Source of the DNA: a bacterium
GTDB lineage: Bacteria > Armatimonadota > Fimbriimonadia > Fimbriimonadales > JBAXQP01
Direction of reading: 5' to 3'
Assembly (NCBI GenBank): GCA_037131655.1
Contig: JBAXQP010000001.1
Coordinates: forward strand, 1 to 34,584
Length of the DNA stretch: 34,584 bases
The notes beneath the pieces are model-generated. The model ran no database searches. It saw only the letters and a list, made by a program, of their open reading frames with translations, and had not been told where the DNA came from. Made by a program: the position numbers and the translations under genes. This document shows positions 7,844 to 16,835 of this stretch, piece by piece. Position 1 is the first letter of the stretch, and each line of letters begins with the position of its first letter.

Positions 7844-8557
7844 ATGTTACATACTCGTCAAGCGTTTGATAACGAATTACAGGCTTTGCAACAAGAGCTT
7901 CTCGAAATGGCTAGCTTTGTTGAGCAGATGATCAATGATGCTGTCGAATCTCTTGCACGCCAAGATCCCGCTCTTGCGCTTCAAGTGATTATCCGAGATG
8001 ATATCGTTGACGAATTGGATATTGATATCGAGCAGCGATGTTTGCGTTTGCTTGCTCTTCAACAGCCCATGGCGATCGATTTGCGAATTATTGGAACCGC
8101 CATGAAGATGATTACGGATATTGAACGAGTGGGCGACCACTCAGTTGATATCGCAAAAGCTGCCCGAAAAATTATGAAAGAATCCCAACCTGAGATGTTG
8201 GTCGATATACCTCGCTTGAGTGTGATGGCTCGAGCAATGCTGCGTGAAAGTTTACAGTCTTTCGCCAAACGTGATTTAGACCTGGTTAAAAAGGTCTGTG
8301 ATGAGGATGACGATGTCGACCGCTTGTATCGCGAGCTTCGCGAGCAGTTGCATGATATTATGCGAAAAAATCCCGATTTAGTTGTTCAAGCATCTTGGCA
8401 GCTTATGATTGTTCATTATCTTGAGCGCGTAGCTGACCACGCAACCAATATCGCTGAACGGGTCGCATTTATGGAGACCGGCAGACTCGAACAATTAGCT
8501 CGTACCCATCGAACCGACCAATCAACTGGCTCTGCACTATCTGAATCTGATGAGTGA
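7844..8557 (+). CDS. phoU: Phosphate signalling complex protein PhoU
   Basis: 237 aa. The duplicated PhoU repeat carries DIERVGDH and YLERVADH metal-binding motifs. Confidence 0.9.
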   Translation: MLHTRQAFDNELQALQQELLEMASFVEQMINDAVESLARQDPALALQVIIRDDIVDELDIDIEQRCLRLLALQQPMAIDLRIIGTAMKMITDIERVGDHSVDIAKAARKIMKESQPEMLVDIPRLSVMARAMLRESLQSFAKRDLDLVKKVCDEDDDVDRLYRELREQLHDIMRKNPDLVVQASWQLMIVHYLERVADHATNIAERVAFMETGRLEQLARTHRTDQSTGSALSESDE

Positions 8558-9230
8558 TGTGGTTGCAAATCTGGAGAATGTGAAAGCTCAGATCGCACGC
8601 GTTTGCGATAAAGTCGGGCGTAATCCTGAGCATGTAACGCTTGTTGCGGTAACCAAGCAGATTGATAATGACCGGATAATGGAAGCATATAATGCTGGTC
8701 AACGGGATTTCGGGGAAAGTTATTGGCAAGAAGCCAGGCATAAGCTCGATGCTTTGCCAAAAGACATTAGGTGGCATTTTGTAGGGCACCTTCAAATGAA
8801 TAAAGCGCGCTATGTTGCGGGGCGGTTCGCGCTTATTCAAAGTGTTGACAAAGAGGATTTAGCAGCAGAGCTGTCGAAGAGGGCTATTGCACAGGGTATT
8901 AACCTGGCAATTCTGCTAGAAGTAAATATCAGCGATGAAGCAAGCAAGTCCGGCGTTAAGCCGGAAATTACGCTTGAAGTTGCAGGACGTATTGCTGAGA
9001 TGCCTGGGATTGAGCTGAAAGGGCTGATGGGGATTGCGCCTATCGGCACAACAGGAGATTTGGCGAGGCCTTGTTTTCGGAAGCTGCGTTCACTGTTTGA
9101 TCAGCTTCCTGTGGAGAACCGCCAGATTCTTTCCATGGGTATGTCGGATGATTTTGAAGTAGCAATCGAAGAAGGATCGACAATGGTCCGCATTGGGACG
9201 GCCATTTTTGGGTCACGGCAAACAGCTTAG
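8550..9230 (+). CDS. yggS: YggS-family pyridoxal-phosphate homeostasis protein
   Basis: 226 aa. It has VTLVAVTKQ (PLP lysine), HFVGHLQ.NK and MGMS.D motifs. It overlaps the phoU stop by 8 nt. Confidence 0.85.
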   Translation: MSDVVANLENVKAQIARVCDKVGRNPEHVTLVAVTKQIDNDRIMEAYNAGQRDFGESYWQEARHKLDALPKDIRWHFVGHLQMNKARYVAGRFALIQSVDKEDLAAELSKRAIAQGINLAILLEVNISDEASKSGVKPEITLEVAGRIAEMPGIELKGLMGIAPIGTTGDLARPCFRKLRSLFDQLPVENRQILSMGMSDDFEVAIEEGSTMVRIGTAIFGSRQTA

Positions 9231-9290
9231 AAGGGATTCTGCCGCGCGGCCATCGAAATATTATAGATGAGTATATGGAGGTACTTGATC

Positions 9291-9704
9291 ATGGAAGAAC
9301 CAATCGAACGTAGTAGTATTATTGCCCGAATTAAGGGCTGGATTTCACCGGGTGCAGAGTATGAAGAGGAAGAACTTAGCGGATACGAAGCAAAGCCTCC
9401 GCGATCTTCACTTCGCTTACAGCAAAACCACCCCTATCATGTTGCTGTCCGAAAGGAACTCAACAGCATAGAAGACGCACGCATTGCTGGTGATGGGCTG
9501 AAGGAAGGTTCTCAGCAAATTATCAATCTGGTGAACACAGAACCAGCGTTACGCGAGCGCGTTATCGATTTCTTGACAGGTGTGGTCTATGCGCTTGAAG
9601 GCAGAGTAGAGAAGATTGGCGACAATATCTTCCTATTTGCTCCTCGACAAGCGATCGTCGATATGACCCCGGGGCAGCATCGTTATAGAACTGACCCGAA
9701 TTAG
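9291..9704 (+). CDS. sepF: Cell division protein SepF
   Basis: The C-terminal SepF-domain pattern is VAVRKELNSIEDARIAGDGLKEGSQQIINL...VYALEGRVEKIGDNIFLFAP. It follows yggS, as in ylmE-ylmF. I prefer the ATG at 9291 (GGAGG at 9277-9281) over the track start at 9267. Confidence 0.75.
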   Translation: MEEPIERSSIIARIKGWISPGAEYEEEELSGYEAKPPRSSLRLQQNHPYHVAVRKELNSIEDARIAGDGLKEGSQQIINLVNTEPALRERVIDFLTGVVYALEGRVEKIGDNIFLFAPRQAIVDMTPGQHRYRTDPN

Positions 9705-9812
9705 AATATAGGAAAGATCAAAACGCAAATACCGCGCCCTGCAGGCAAGTTGCCTGCTGTGGTGTGGTTTTGCGCGTAATCTTGATCATATCTGTCGCAG
9801 GAGGCTTCTTAG

Positions 9813-10574
9813 GTGCATATTAAGAAGGTTTTAATTACTGGATCATCTGGATATTTGGGCGGGTTTGTCGTGGACCGCTTAGCCGAACAATACGAACTTA
9901 CCCTCTTCGATAAAGTCCCACCAAGAGAACAGCATCAGAAATTCCGCCATATCATTGGCGATATCGCTTCCTTTGAAGATGTGTGGTCTGCTTGTGAAGG
10001 GCAAGATGCGGTTGTCCACCTTGTAGCTTTAGTTCGAGGTCGCGAGCATGATCCCCTCAATAAGTTCGTTGATGTAATGATCAAGGGAACCTGGTTCATC
10101 GCGGAAGCTTGTGCTAAGCTTGGGGTCAAGCGACTTATCAACATTTCCAGCATCTGCGCTTCAGGCGTTATCCCTAAGAGTGAAGATAAACCGTATCGTG
10201 TCGGCGAGCCTTGCATCGTAGGCGGGGCTGATTACTACTCCCTCGCTAAATATCTTGCCGAAGAAGCCGCATCGGCTTATGCCAAGGACCACGATCTCAG
10301 CGTTATCCACCTTCGTCCAGGTGTAATTGATGGGGATGGCGCAAATCATTCTGTTACCGAACCCAATAACGATTGCAAACTCTGGTTTCAGTACGTTGAC
10401 CCGCGTGATATTGCCCAGGCAATCGAAGCGGTTCTCGAAACGAACCTGAAAATGGGAACCTATAATATCGTCGCCGGACGAGAGGACTCACTTTACGATT
10501 GGAAATCCGGTGCGGCTGATTTTGGTTATAATCCAACCCACAACTGGCCGCAAATCCCCGACAGAGGCAAATAG
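9813..10574 (+). CDS. NAD-dependent epimerase/dehydratase family protein (extended SDR)
   Basis: 253 aa. It has VLITGSSGYLGG (Rossmann) and YYSLAKYLAEE (YxxxK). The start is GTG with AGGAGG 8 nt upstream. Confidence 0.75.
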   Translation: MHIKKVLITGSSGYLGGFVVDRLAEQYELTLFDKVPPREQHQKFRHIIGDIASFEDVWSACEGQDAVVHLVALVRGREHDPLNKFVDVMIKGTWFIAEACAKLGVKRLINISSICASGVIPKSEDKPYRVGEPCIVGGADYYSLAKYLAEEAASAYAKDHDLSVIHLRPGVIDGDGANHSVTEPNNDCKLWFQYVDPRDIAQAIEAVLETNLKMGTYNIVAGREDSLYDWKSGAADFGYNPTHNWPQIPDRGK

Positions 10575-10585
10575 TTCTAATTCTG

Positions 10586-10619
10586 AAAAGCCCCCTTTGA
10601 CCACCACAGGGGGCTTTTT
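10586..10619 (+). terminator. Rho-independent terminator
   Basis: AAAAGCCCCCT-ttgaccaccac-AGGGGGCTTTT forms a perfect 11-bp stem and ends in a T-run. Confidence 0.8.
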
Positions 10620-10714
10620 GCTATCAGTTTTATAGTAACCCAAATTCAACTTGTTCTTGGCAGGATATGAGATTTTGTTGCACTCGAATAGGCTTACTTC
10701 TGCTTGAGCAATTT

Positions 10715-10757
10715 CTTAACATTCCCTTAACATTCCCTTAACATTCCCTTAACATTT
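10715..10757 (+). promoter_or_regulatory. Pho-box array: four direct repeats with exact 11-bp period
   Basis: CTTAACATTCC occurs three times exactly (10715, 10726, 10737) and a fourth unit CTTAACATTTCC starts at 10748. The TTAACA hexamers start at 10716, 10727, 10738 and 10749. The array lies 50-90 nt upstream of the porin-pstSCAB operon. A candidate -10, TAATCT, is at 10764-10769. Confidence 0.75.
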
Positions 10758-10806
10758 CCCCTGTAATCTAAACATGATACGATAGATTAGATTTAGGAGG
10801 AAAAGT

Positions 10807-12282
10807 ATGCAAAAGAAAGTATGGTTACTGTTATGCGCTTTATTAGTTACCACAGTAGCTTTCGCTGAGGGGCAGGCAACAACGGATAATGCCCAGGCAA
10901 AGCAAGATGCGGTAAAGCGTTTAAGCCAGTCAGTTAAGCGTTTGAGAGCAGTTCGCGAGCGCTTAGCAAGTGTTAAAGATGCTGTTGTTGTTACGAACTT
11001 AAATGGGACAGTAGACGAAAGCGCTGCCGAGGGTAGCGAAGTGAATTCCTCAGATGAAACGACTACAACCCCATCAACCACCGGTTCCAACGATGACCTG
11101 AAAGCTCAGGTCCGTTCTTTGAGCGAAGAAGTTACAAAGTTAAAAGATGACATTGAAACTATCATGGGAACGCTCGAAGGTATCAACGAAGGAAATACGT
11201 TGACGACAGCAAATGTAGCCGCGCTTCAGAAGACGAAGATTACAGGCTATATTCAAGCGCAGTGGATGGATACGGAAGAGTTCCCTGGAAAGACCACAAA
11301 CGACGGTTTTATGATCCGACGTTCTCGGCTTAAATTTGCTCACACCTTCAATGACTATTTCATGGGCGTTGTACAGGCTGATTTTGGTAGTGGCACTGAT
11401 AAAACGAGTTCTTTCTTAAAGGATGCTTACATTGTTTACAGCCCCACGCCAGCAGTTGAAACAGCCGGTTTAGCATTTACTGTTGGTCAATTTGACGTTC
11501 CTTTCAGCTACGAGAAAATTCGGTCATCAAGTGAAAGAGAAATGCCCGAACGTTCACTAATGTATGACACACTCTTGGCCGGTCAAAGAGACCGCGGTGG
11601 GATGGTCACATGGGGACCCAAGCCGAATTTGACAATCGACGCCGGGTTTTTTAACGGCCTAACAGTCGAAGACCCTCAGATCAAAGGCTCAACCTATCGC
11701 CTCTTGAACAGCCAGCTGGCCTTTATCGGCCGTGCCGTCTGGTCGCCGATTCCTACCATGGACATTGGTGTTTCCGCCCTGCTTGGCGATCGTGCAGGGA
11801 TAGCAGTGGTAAAAGGCACGACCACCTGGTATGACACTAACGGAGACAAAATCGTCCAAACGGGCGAAGTAAAAACCAGCGCTGATACACCTGCAAGACC
11901 TTCCGCGACCCGCGCGCTCTATAACATTGAATTCCGAAAAACCAGCTTATTCGGAAAGCCTGGCGATACGATTAGAGCCGAATACCTGTGGGGTAAAGAC
12001 CGCGTTCCCAGTGGTCCAACGATTGCCTACCAGAGCGATGTTCAAGGCTGGTATGTTCAGTACCTGCATGACTTTGGCACGCGCAATACTCTCGCCGTGC
12101 GATATGACGCATGGGACCCGGATATTCACAAATCCAACAACGAAACCAAAACCTTCGGCATTGCCTGGCTCCATTACCTAAGCGAAGCCGTAAGAATAAC
12201 CTTTGCCTGGGAACATCCTGATGAGCCCGGCGCACAAGTTGATAACGACCGATTTACCGCTCGCGGTCAGTACAAGTTCTAG
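10807..12282 (+). CDS. Phosphate-selective porin O/P family outer-membrane protein with an N-terminal coiled-coil/Thr-rich extension
   Basis: 491 aa. It has a signal peptide (LLLCALLVTTVAFAEG) and a C-terminal aromatic residue (YKF). There is beta-strand-like alternation from ITGYIQAQWMD onward. It sits immediately upstream of pstS behind the Pho boxes. The family call rests on context and general resemblance. Confidence 0.6.
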   Translation: MQKKVWLLLCALLVTTVAFAEGQATTDNAQAKQDAVKRLSQSVKRLRAVRERLASVKDAVVVTNLNGTVDESAAEGSEVNSSDETTTTPSTTGSNDDLKAQVRSLSEEVTKLKDDIETIMGTLEGINEGNTLTTANVAALQKTKITGYIQAQWMDTEEFPGKTTNDGFMIRRSRLKFAHTFNDYFMGVVQADFGSGTDKTSSFLKDAYIVYSPTPAVETAGLAFTVGQFDVPFSYEKIRSSSEREMPERSLMYDTLLAGQRDRGGMVTWGPKPNLTIDAGFFNGLTVEDPQIKGSTYRLLNSQLAFIGRAVWSPIPTMDIGVSALLGDRAGIAVVKGTTTWYDTNGDKIVQTGEVKTSADTPARPSATRALYNIEFRKTSLFGKPGDTIRAEYLWGKDRVPSGPTIAYQSDVQGWYVQYLHDFGTRNTLAVRYDAWDPDIHKSNNETKTFGIAWLHYLSEAVRITFAWEHPDEPGAQVDNDRFTARGQYKF

Positions 12283-12290
12283 TTTCGACA

Positions 12291-12316
12291 GGCTAAGGGG
12301 CAACAACCCCTTAGCC
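12291..12316 (+). terminator. Intercistronic stem-loop between porin and pstS (attenuator or mRNA-stability element; no T-run)
   Basis: GGCTAAGGGG-caacaa-CCCCTTAGCC forms a perfect 10-bp stem 9 nt after the porin stop. Confidence 0.5.
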
Positions 12317-12337
12317 AATTCAAAAAGGATTAAACAA

Positions 12338-13186
12338 ATGAAAACACTTTTCGGATTAACCGTGATCGCAGCTTTGGCTGTAGCATTATTCGCCGGCCAG
12401 CCGGCATTTGCCCAAAAGGGCAGCCTCGTTATTAAAGGCTCAGACACCATGGTACTGCTAGGGCAGGCATGGGCTGAAGAATACATGAAGTCCCACCCTG
12501 GCGTAAATATTTCAGTTACAGGTGGCGGCTCCGGTGTTGGCATCGCAGCGTTTATTAACGGAACCTGTGACATCTGCCAATCATCCCGAACGATGAAGAA
12601 GAAGGAAATCGATTCGAGCAAATCACGAAACCGTGAGCCTTATCGAACGATCGTTGCCTTAGACGGTCTTTCTTTCGCAGTCAATTCCAATAGCCCTGTA
12701 AAGACATTAACGGTTGACCAGATCAAAGGCATCTACTCCGGCGCAATTAGCGATTGGAGCCAAGTCGGTGGTAAAGCCGGTCGTATCGTTGTGCTTTCTC
12801 GTGATAACAATTCAGGGACCTACAGCTATGTAAAGGAAGTTGTTCTTAAAGGACTTTCTTACCGTTCTGATGCCCTATTCATGCCCTCGACTAAAGCTAT
12901 ACAACAGGAAATCACCAATAATCCGAATGCGATCGGTTATGGTGGCGAGGCATATTTCCGTGGTAAGCGAAACGTTCAAGTTCTATCAGTTTCACCCGGA
13001 CCCGGCAAGGCGGCAGTTCTGCCTTCAGATAAAACCGTTCAATCCGGCAAGTACCCAGTCTCCCGTCCGCTTCAGTTCTACACCAACGGTAAACCCAGTG
13101 GTGTGACTGCGGACTTCGTCAAGTTCTGCCTGAGCCCAAAGGGACAGGCCCTCGTGACCAAGGTTGGGTACGTACCACTTCCTTGA
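12338..13186 (+). CDS. pstS: Phosphate ABC transporter substrate-binding protein PstS
   Basis: The start is moved to the ATG at 12338 (MKTLFGLTVIAALAVALFAGQPAFAQ signal peptide), in frame with the track ORF at 12203. It has GSDTMV and GGGSGVGIAAFINGTCDI motifs. Confidence 0.9.
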   Translation: MKTLFGLTVIAALAVALFAGQPAFAQKGSLVIKGSDTMVLLGQAWAEEYMKSHPGVNISVTGGGSGVGIAAFINGTCDICQSSRTMKKKEIDSSKSRNREPYRTIVALDGLSFAVNSNSPVKTLTVDQIKGIYSGAISDWSQVGGKAGRIVVLSRDNNSGTYSYVKEVVLKGLSYRSDALFMPSTKAIQQEITNNPNAIGYGGEAYFRGKRNVQVLSVSPGPGKAAVLPSDKTVQSGKYPVSRPLQFYTNGKPSGVTADFVKFCLSPKGQALVTKVGYVPLP

Positions 13187-13203
13187 GTAAATGCTAGTTA
13201 TTG

Positions 13204-13239
13204 CGGCGGCGATCGCACGGCTGACGCCGCCGACTTTTT
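13204..13239 (+). terminator. Stem-loop plus T-run after pstS (partial terminator/attenuator)
   Basis: CGGCGGCG (13204-13211) pairs with CGCCGCCG (13225-13232), followed by ACTTTTT. Confidence 0.6.
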
Positions 13240-13260
13240 AAGCCGGCCAAGGAATAAGCG

Positions 13261-14814
13261 ATGCAAATAAATCGCAAGAAACGAAAAATACATCTTAAAG
13301 AATGGCTAATCGAGCGTTTCATTTTCGTCAATGGAGCGCTTTCTATCATCATAATTTTGCTGGTGTTTATTTTCCTTTTTAAGGATTCGATGCAGGCATT
13401 TACACGAGAGCACACCTATGGATGGGAAATCGCCGCATCTAGCCCGACATCGGAAGGGACTTCTCCATTAGCAATTAAGCACTTAGTAGGAGCAGTTCCG
13501 GGAGGCAAAGAGGGCGAAGATGAGTCGGATGAAGCCGCTGAAGATTATTCGGCAGTTGATACCGGCGATAAGGTTACAGTTGCTTTTTCTCTCACTAAGC
13601 CAGGGGGCGGGGAAACTCTTGTTGGTTCGGATTGTCGCGCTCCCAAACGGGTTGGCGAAAAGGCTGAACACTTGTTCTATGTCTATGCCACCGAGTTATA
13701 TGAGGGAAATACGATCAAGCTGACCTGGAAACCGGATGCCGATTTCGATCCCTCTGACACCCCTTTCAAGTACAAATTGCGCCTAGTTAGAGCGCCTGCC
13801 GGGGTTGATTATCAGATGCCTGAAATCGATCTTAGCAAAGGCAAACCCCTTCCAGCCGCCGAAAGGTCAGGCGATCCTTCGGCATCGAATATTAGCTATG
13901 AGGGACAGATTAAGCTTCCGGTTTTTAGAGCGACAAGCGATGAGGATCGTTCAAAAGGCTATCTATTCGCTCTTGATGCAGAACCGAGAACGCGTGCTCC
14001 TGGATGGTGGTACAACACGGTCAGCATGATTTTCGGGCGCCACTGGAACCCGAATTCGGACTACCCCCAGTTCGGCATGCTGCCGCTCATCTTAGGTTCC
14101 CTTCTGGTTACTTTTGGCGCTTTAGTTATCGCCCTGCCTTTAGGTATCTGTACAGCAATTTTCATTGGAGAGATTGCAACTCGTCGTTGGCGGGAGATTT
14201 TGAAACCTGCGGTCGAGCTTTTGGCAGCTGTGCCATCTATTGTCATCGGGTTCATCGGCCTTTTGGTAGTAGTTCCCGCAGTTGCCAAGATGGGACCTTA
14301 TATCGAATTTGTGATGAACAAGGTCTTCCGCATTGAACTGCATATGGATGTAGGGTTGTCCGCTTTCACTGGTGCGATCATGCTGGCATTCATGGCCATT
14401 CCTACGATTGTAACCGTTGCAGAGGATGCCATACGAGCAGTGCCAAAAGAATTTAGGGAAGCATCCTTAGCGCTAGGCGCAACTCAATGGGAGACCATTC
14501 GAAAAGCGATTATTCCCGCAGCCCGTTCAGGATTTGTTGCAGCAGCAATGCTTGGCGTTGGACGAGCCATCGGAGAAACGATGGCGGTGGTTATGGTTGC
14601 TGGCAATTCACCGGTTATCCCTGCAGGTCTTGCTGGTTTCTTCAAACCTGTTCGCACAATGACAGCCACGATAGCGCAGGAGTTTGGTGAGGTTGTTAAT
14701 CACAGCACTCATTACTCGGCGTTGTTCAACATCGGTTTAGTGCTGTTCATCATGACCTTTGTCATTAACTATGCAAGTTACCTTTTTGCCAGACGAGGAG
14801 TTAGGGGAACATGA
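13261..14814 (+). CDS. pstC: Phosphate ABC transporter permease PstC, long form with a ~225-aa extracytoplasmic insertion after TM1
   Basis: 517 aa. The conserved core starts at FGMLPLILGSL. The EAA-type loop is EDAIRAVPKEFREASLALGATQWETI. The stop overlaps the pstA start (ATGA at 14811-14814). Confidence 0.9.
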   Translation: MQINRKKRKIHLKEWLIERFIFVNGALSIIIILLVFIFLFKDSMQAFTREHTYGWEIAASSPTSEGTSPLAIKHLVGAVPGGKEGEDESDEAAEDYSAVDTGDKVTVAFSLTKPGGGETLVGSDCRAPKRVGEKAEHLFYVYATELYEGNTIKLTWKPDADFDPSDTPFKYKLRLVRAPAGVDYQMPEIDLSKGKPLPAAERSGDPSASNISYEGQIKLPVFRATSDEDRSKGYLFALDAEPRTRAPGWWYNTVSMIFGRHWNPNSDYPQFGMLPLILGSLLVTFGALVIALPLGICTAIFIGEIATRRWREILKPAVELLAAVPSIVIGFIGLLVVVPAVAKMGPYIEFVMNKVFRIELHMDVGLSAFTGAIMLAFMAIPTIVTVAEDAIRAVPKEFREASLALGATQWETIRKAIIPAARSGFVAAAMLGVGRAIGETMAVVMVAGNSPVIPAGLAGFFKPVRTMTATIAQEFGEVVNHSTHYSALFNIGLVLFIMTFVINYASYLFARRGVRGT

Positions 14815-15851
14815 TGGAGAGTAGCTCAGTAATAGCTTCACAAGTTACTAATGAATGGGTTGAGTCTGTTGATATGAAGTCAATCCAAAGAGCGCTGATG
14901 GCTGAGCAAGCAAGCCGTCATGCCAAAAAACGCAAGACTAAGCAGCGTCAAGTATTCATGCTGCTCAGACTGCTAGCGTTTTTATGCATATCACCGATTG
15001 CCGGTTTGTTAATTTACCTTATCGTCAGGGGCGCACCTGCGGTCAACTGGACGTTCCTAACTTCGCCGCCGTTAGAAAACATGTGCGCAGGTGGGATTAA
15101 ACCAGCTATTTGGGGCACGATGCTTTTGGTGAGCTATGCATTACTTTTCGCGTTGCCGATTGGCGTTTTTGGTGCGATCTATTTGAATGAATACGCTCGA
15201 CAAGGTCGTTGGACGCGAACAATACGATTGGCCATCATCAACCTTGCCGGGGTGCCGAGTATCGTCTTCGGCTTGTTCGGGTTGGGCATTTTCGTACTGA
15301 CAATCGGTCCCTGGTTTGCTGACCCGAACCTCTTTGGATGGCATTTTCACCCAAAAATTGGCTCGCATGTATTGAATATGGGGTTCGGCGCCTCAATTAT
15401 TGCGGGCTCGATGACGCTTGCGATTTTAGTTCTGCCTCTCATCATAACCTCAACTGAAGAGGCGCTAAAGACGGTGCCTCGATCCTTTAGAGAGGCTTCA
15501 TTGGCATTAGGCGGTACGAAATGGCAGACCATTCGCAGGGTAACACTTCCAAATGCATTACCGGGAATTATGACCGGTATTGTCCTGGCTATTGGGCGTG
15601 CTGCCGGTGAGACAGCGCCCATTCTATTAACCGTAGCCGTTCTATACCAGGCATCGTCGCCCGCTTGGTACCAGGTAACAAGCCCGACCATGGCGTTGCC
15701 CTATCACCTATATATCATTTCCACCCAAGCAACCAGCGTCCCCGACTCATTTCAATGGGGCACCGCTTTTGTGTTGCTAATGGTGGTTTTAGCCTTCAAT
15801 GCGATAGCAATTATAATCCGCGCTCGCTTCCGCGCTAAACAGAATTGGTAG
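14811..15851 (+). CDS. pstA: Phosphate ABC transporter permease PstA
   Basis: 346 aa. The loop TEEALKTVPRSFREASLALGGTKWQTI is present, with six or more hydrophobic segments. Confidence 0.9.
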   Translation: MMESSSVIASQVTNEWVESVDMKSIQRALMAEQASRHAKKRKTKQRQVFMLLRLLAFLCISPIAGLLIYLIVRGAPAVNWTFLTSPPLENMCAGGIKPAIWGTMLLVSYALLFALPIGVFGAIYLNEYARQGRWTRTIRLAIINLAGVPSIVFGLFGLGIFVLTIGPWFADPNLFGWHFHPKIGSHVLNMGFGASIIAGSMTLAILVLPLIITSTEEALKTVPRSFREASLALGGTKWQTIRRVTLPNALPGIMTGIVLAIGRAAGETAPILLTVAVLYQASSPAWYQVTSPTMALPYHLYIISTQATSVPDSFQWGTAFVLLMVVLAFNAIAIIIRARFRAKQNW

Positions 15852-15894
15852 GGAGCATAGTACATACTATGCAATTTTATTGGAGTGAACTAGC

Positions 15895-16659
15895 ATGACT
15901 GAGGAAAATATACGTATCGTAGCAAAGGATTTGGATTTCTATTATTCATCCGTTCGCGCTCTTAAGAGTGTAAACATCTCTATTCAAGAGCACAAAATTA
16001 CCGCATTGATAGGGCCTTCGGGGTGTGGGAAGAGTACCTTTTTAAGGTGCCTCAACCGAATGAACGATGAAATCCCCGATACACACGCCAAAGGCGAGGT
16101 ATTGCTGGATGGGAGCAATATTTACGACCGCGATGTGGATGTGGTCAACTTGCGTCGTCGAGTTGGAATGGTTTTCCAGCGACCTAATCCGTTTCCGTTA
16201 ACAGTCTATGAAAATGTGGCCTACGGGCCGCGAATTCATGGCGTTAAGGACAAGAATCAGTTGGATGAAATCATTCAAACCAGCCTTAAACGCGCTTTCC
16301 TTTGGGATGAAGTAAAAGATAAGCTGAAACAATCCGGCCTTATGCTATCCGGAGGTCAGCAGCAGCGTCTATGTATCGCCCGAGTGTTGGCTGTTCAACC
16401 GGAAGTGATTTTAATGGACGAACCCTGCTCCGCGCTCGACCCAATCGCTACCTTCCGAATCGAAGAGCTTATTCAAGAATTAAAGGACGATTACACCATT
16501 GTCATCGTCACCCACAACATGCAGCAAGCCGGCCGTATTTCGGACTACACCGGCTTCTTTATGATCGGCGAGCTAATGGAATTCGGACCCACCGAACGCC
16601 TATTCACCTGTCCACAACGTTCTCAAACTGAAGACTATATCCGTGGCCGTTTCGGTTGA
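15895..16659 (+). CDS. pstB: Phosphate ABC transporter ATP-binding protein PstB
   Basis: 254 aa. Walker A is GPSGCGKST, the signature is LSGGQQQRL, Walker B is ILMDEP, and the PstB-typical LNRMND is present. Confidence 0.95.
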   Translation: MTEENIRIVAKDLDFYYSSVRALKSVNISIQEHKITALIGPSGCGKSTFLRCLNRMNDEIPDTHAKGEVLLDGSNIYDRDVDVVNLRRRVGMVFQRPNPFPLTVYENVAYGPRIHGVKDKNQLDEIIQTSLKRAFLWDEVKDKLKQSGLMLSGGQQQRLCIARVLAVQPEVILMDEPCSALDPIATFRIEELIQELKDDYTIVIVTHNMQQAGRISDYTGFFMIGELMEFGPTERLFTCPQRSQTEDYIRGRFG

Positions 16660-16707
16660 TATATGTACTGTACTGCAGGTTCGATGCTTGAACTTTAGTT
16701 TGCCTTT

Positions 16708-16752
16708 CAAACAAATAGCCATTGATTACAACAACCAATGGCTATTTGTTTG
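16708..16752 (+). terminator. Long perfect stem-loop terminating the pst operon
   Basis: CAAACAAATAGCCATTG-attacaacaac-CAATGGCTATTTGTTTG forms a perfect 17-bp stem checked base by base. The 3' arm and flank are T-rich (TTTGTTTGTGCTT). Confidence 0.75.
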
Positions 16753-16835
16753 TGCTTGACAGCAACATGAGCATTAATGACATTGTATTTGTGTTTTCAG
16801 GTTTAATAGGGTACTTAATAGCTTGGAGTGAAATA

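Noticed and set aside
10658-10682. TGGCA ... TTGCA pair upstream of the Pho boxes, considered as a sigma54 promoter
   Set aside because: The GG and GC dinucleotides are 21 nt apart rather than the ~12 nt required.
10715-10757. Regularly spaced direct repeats, considered as a mini CRISPR array
   Set aside because: The units are 11 nt and contiguous, with no unique spacers. The period and sequence fit a response-regulator binding array instead.
12178-12621. 147-aa minus-strand ORF across the porin-pstS junction, and the extended pstS track start at 12203
   Set aside because: The antisense ORF has no motifs and overlaps pstS. The extended pstS frame upstream of 12338 spans the porin 3' end and the intercistronic hairpin, whereas the signal peptide begins at the 12338 ATG.
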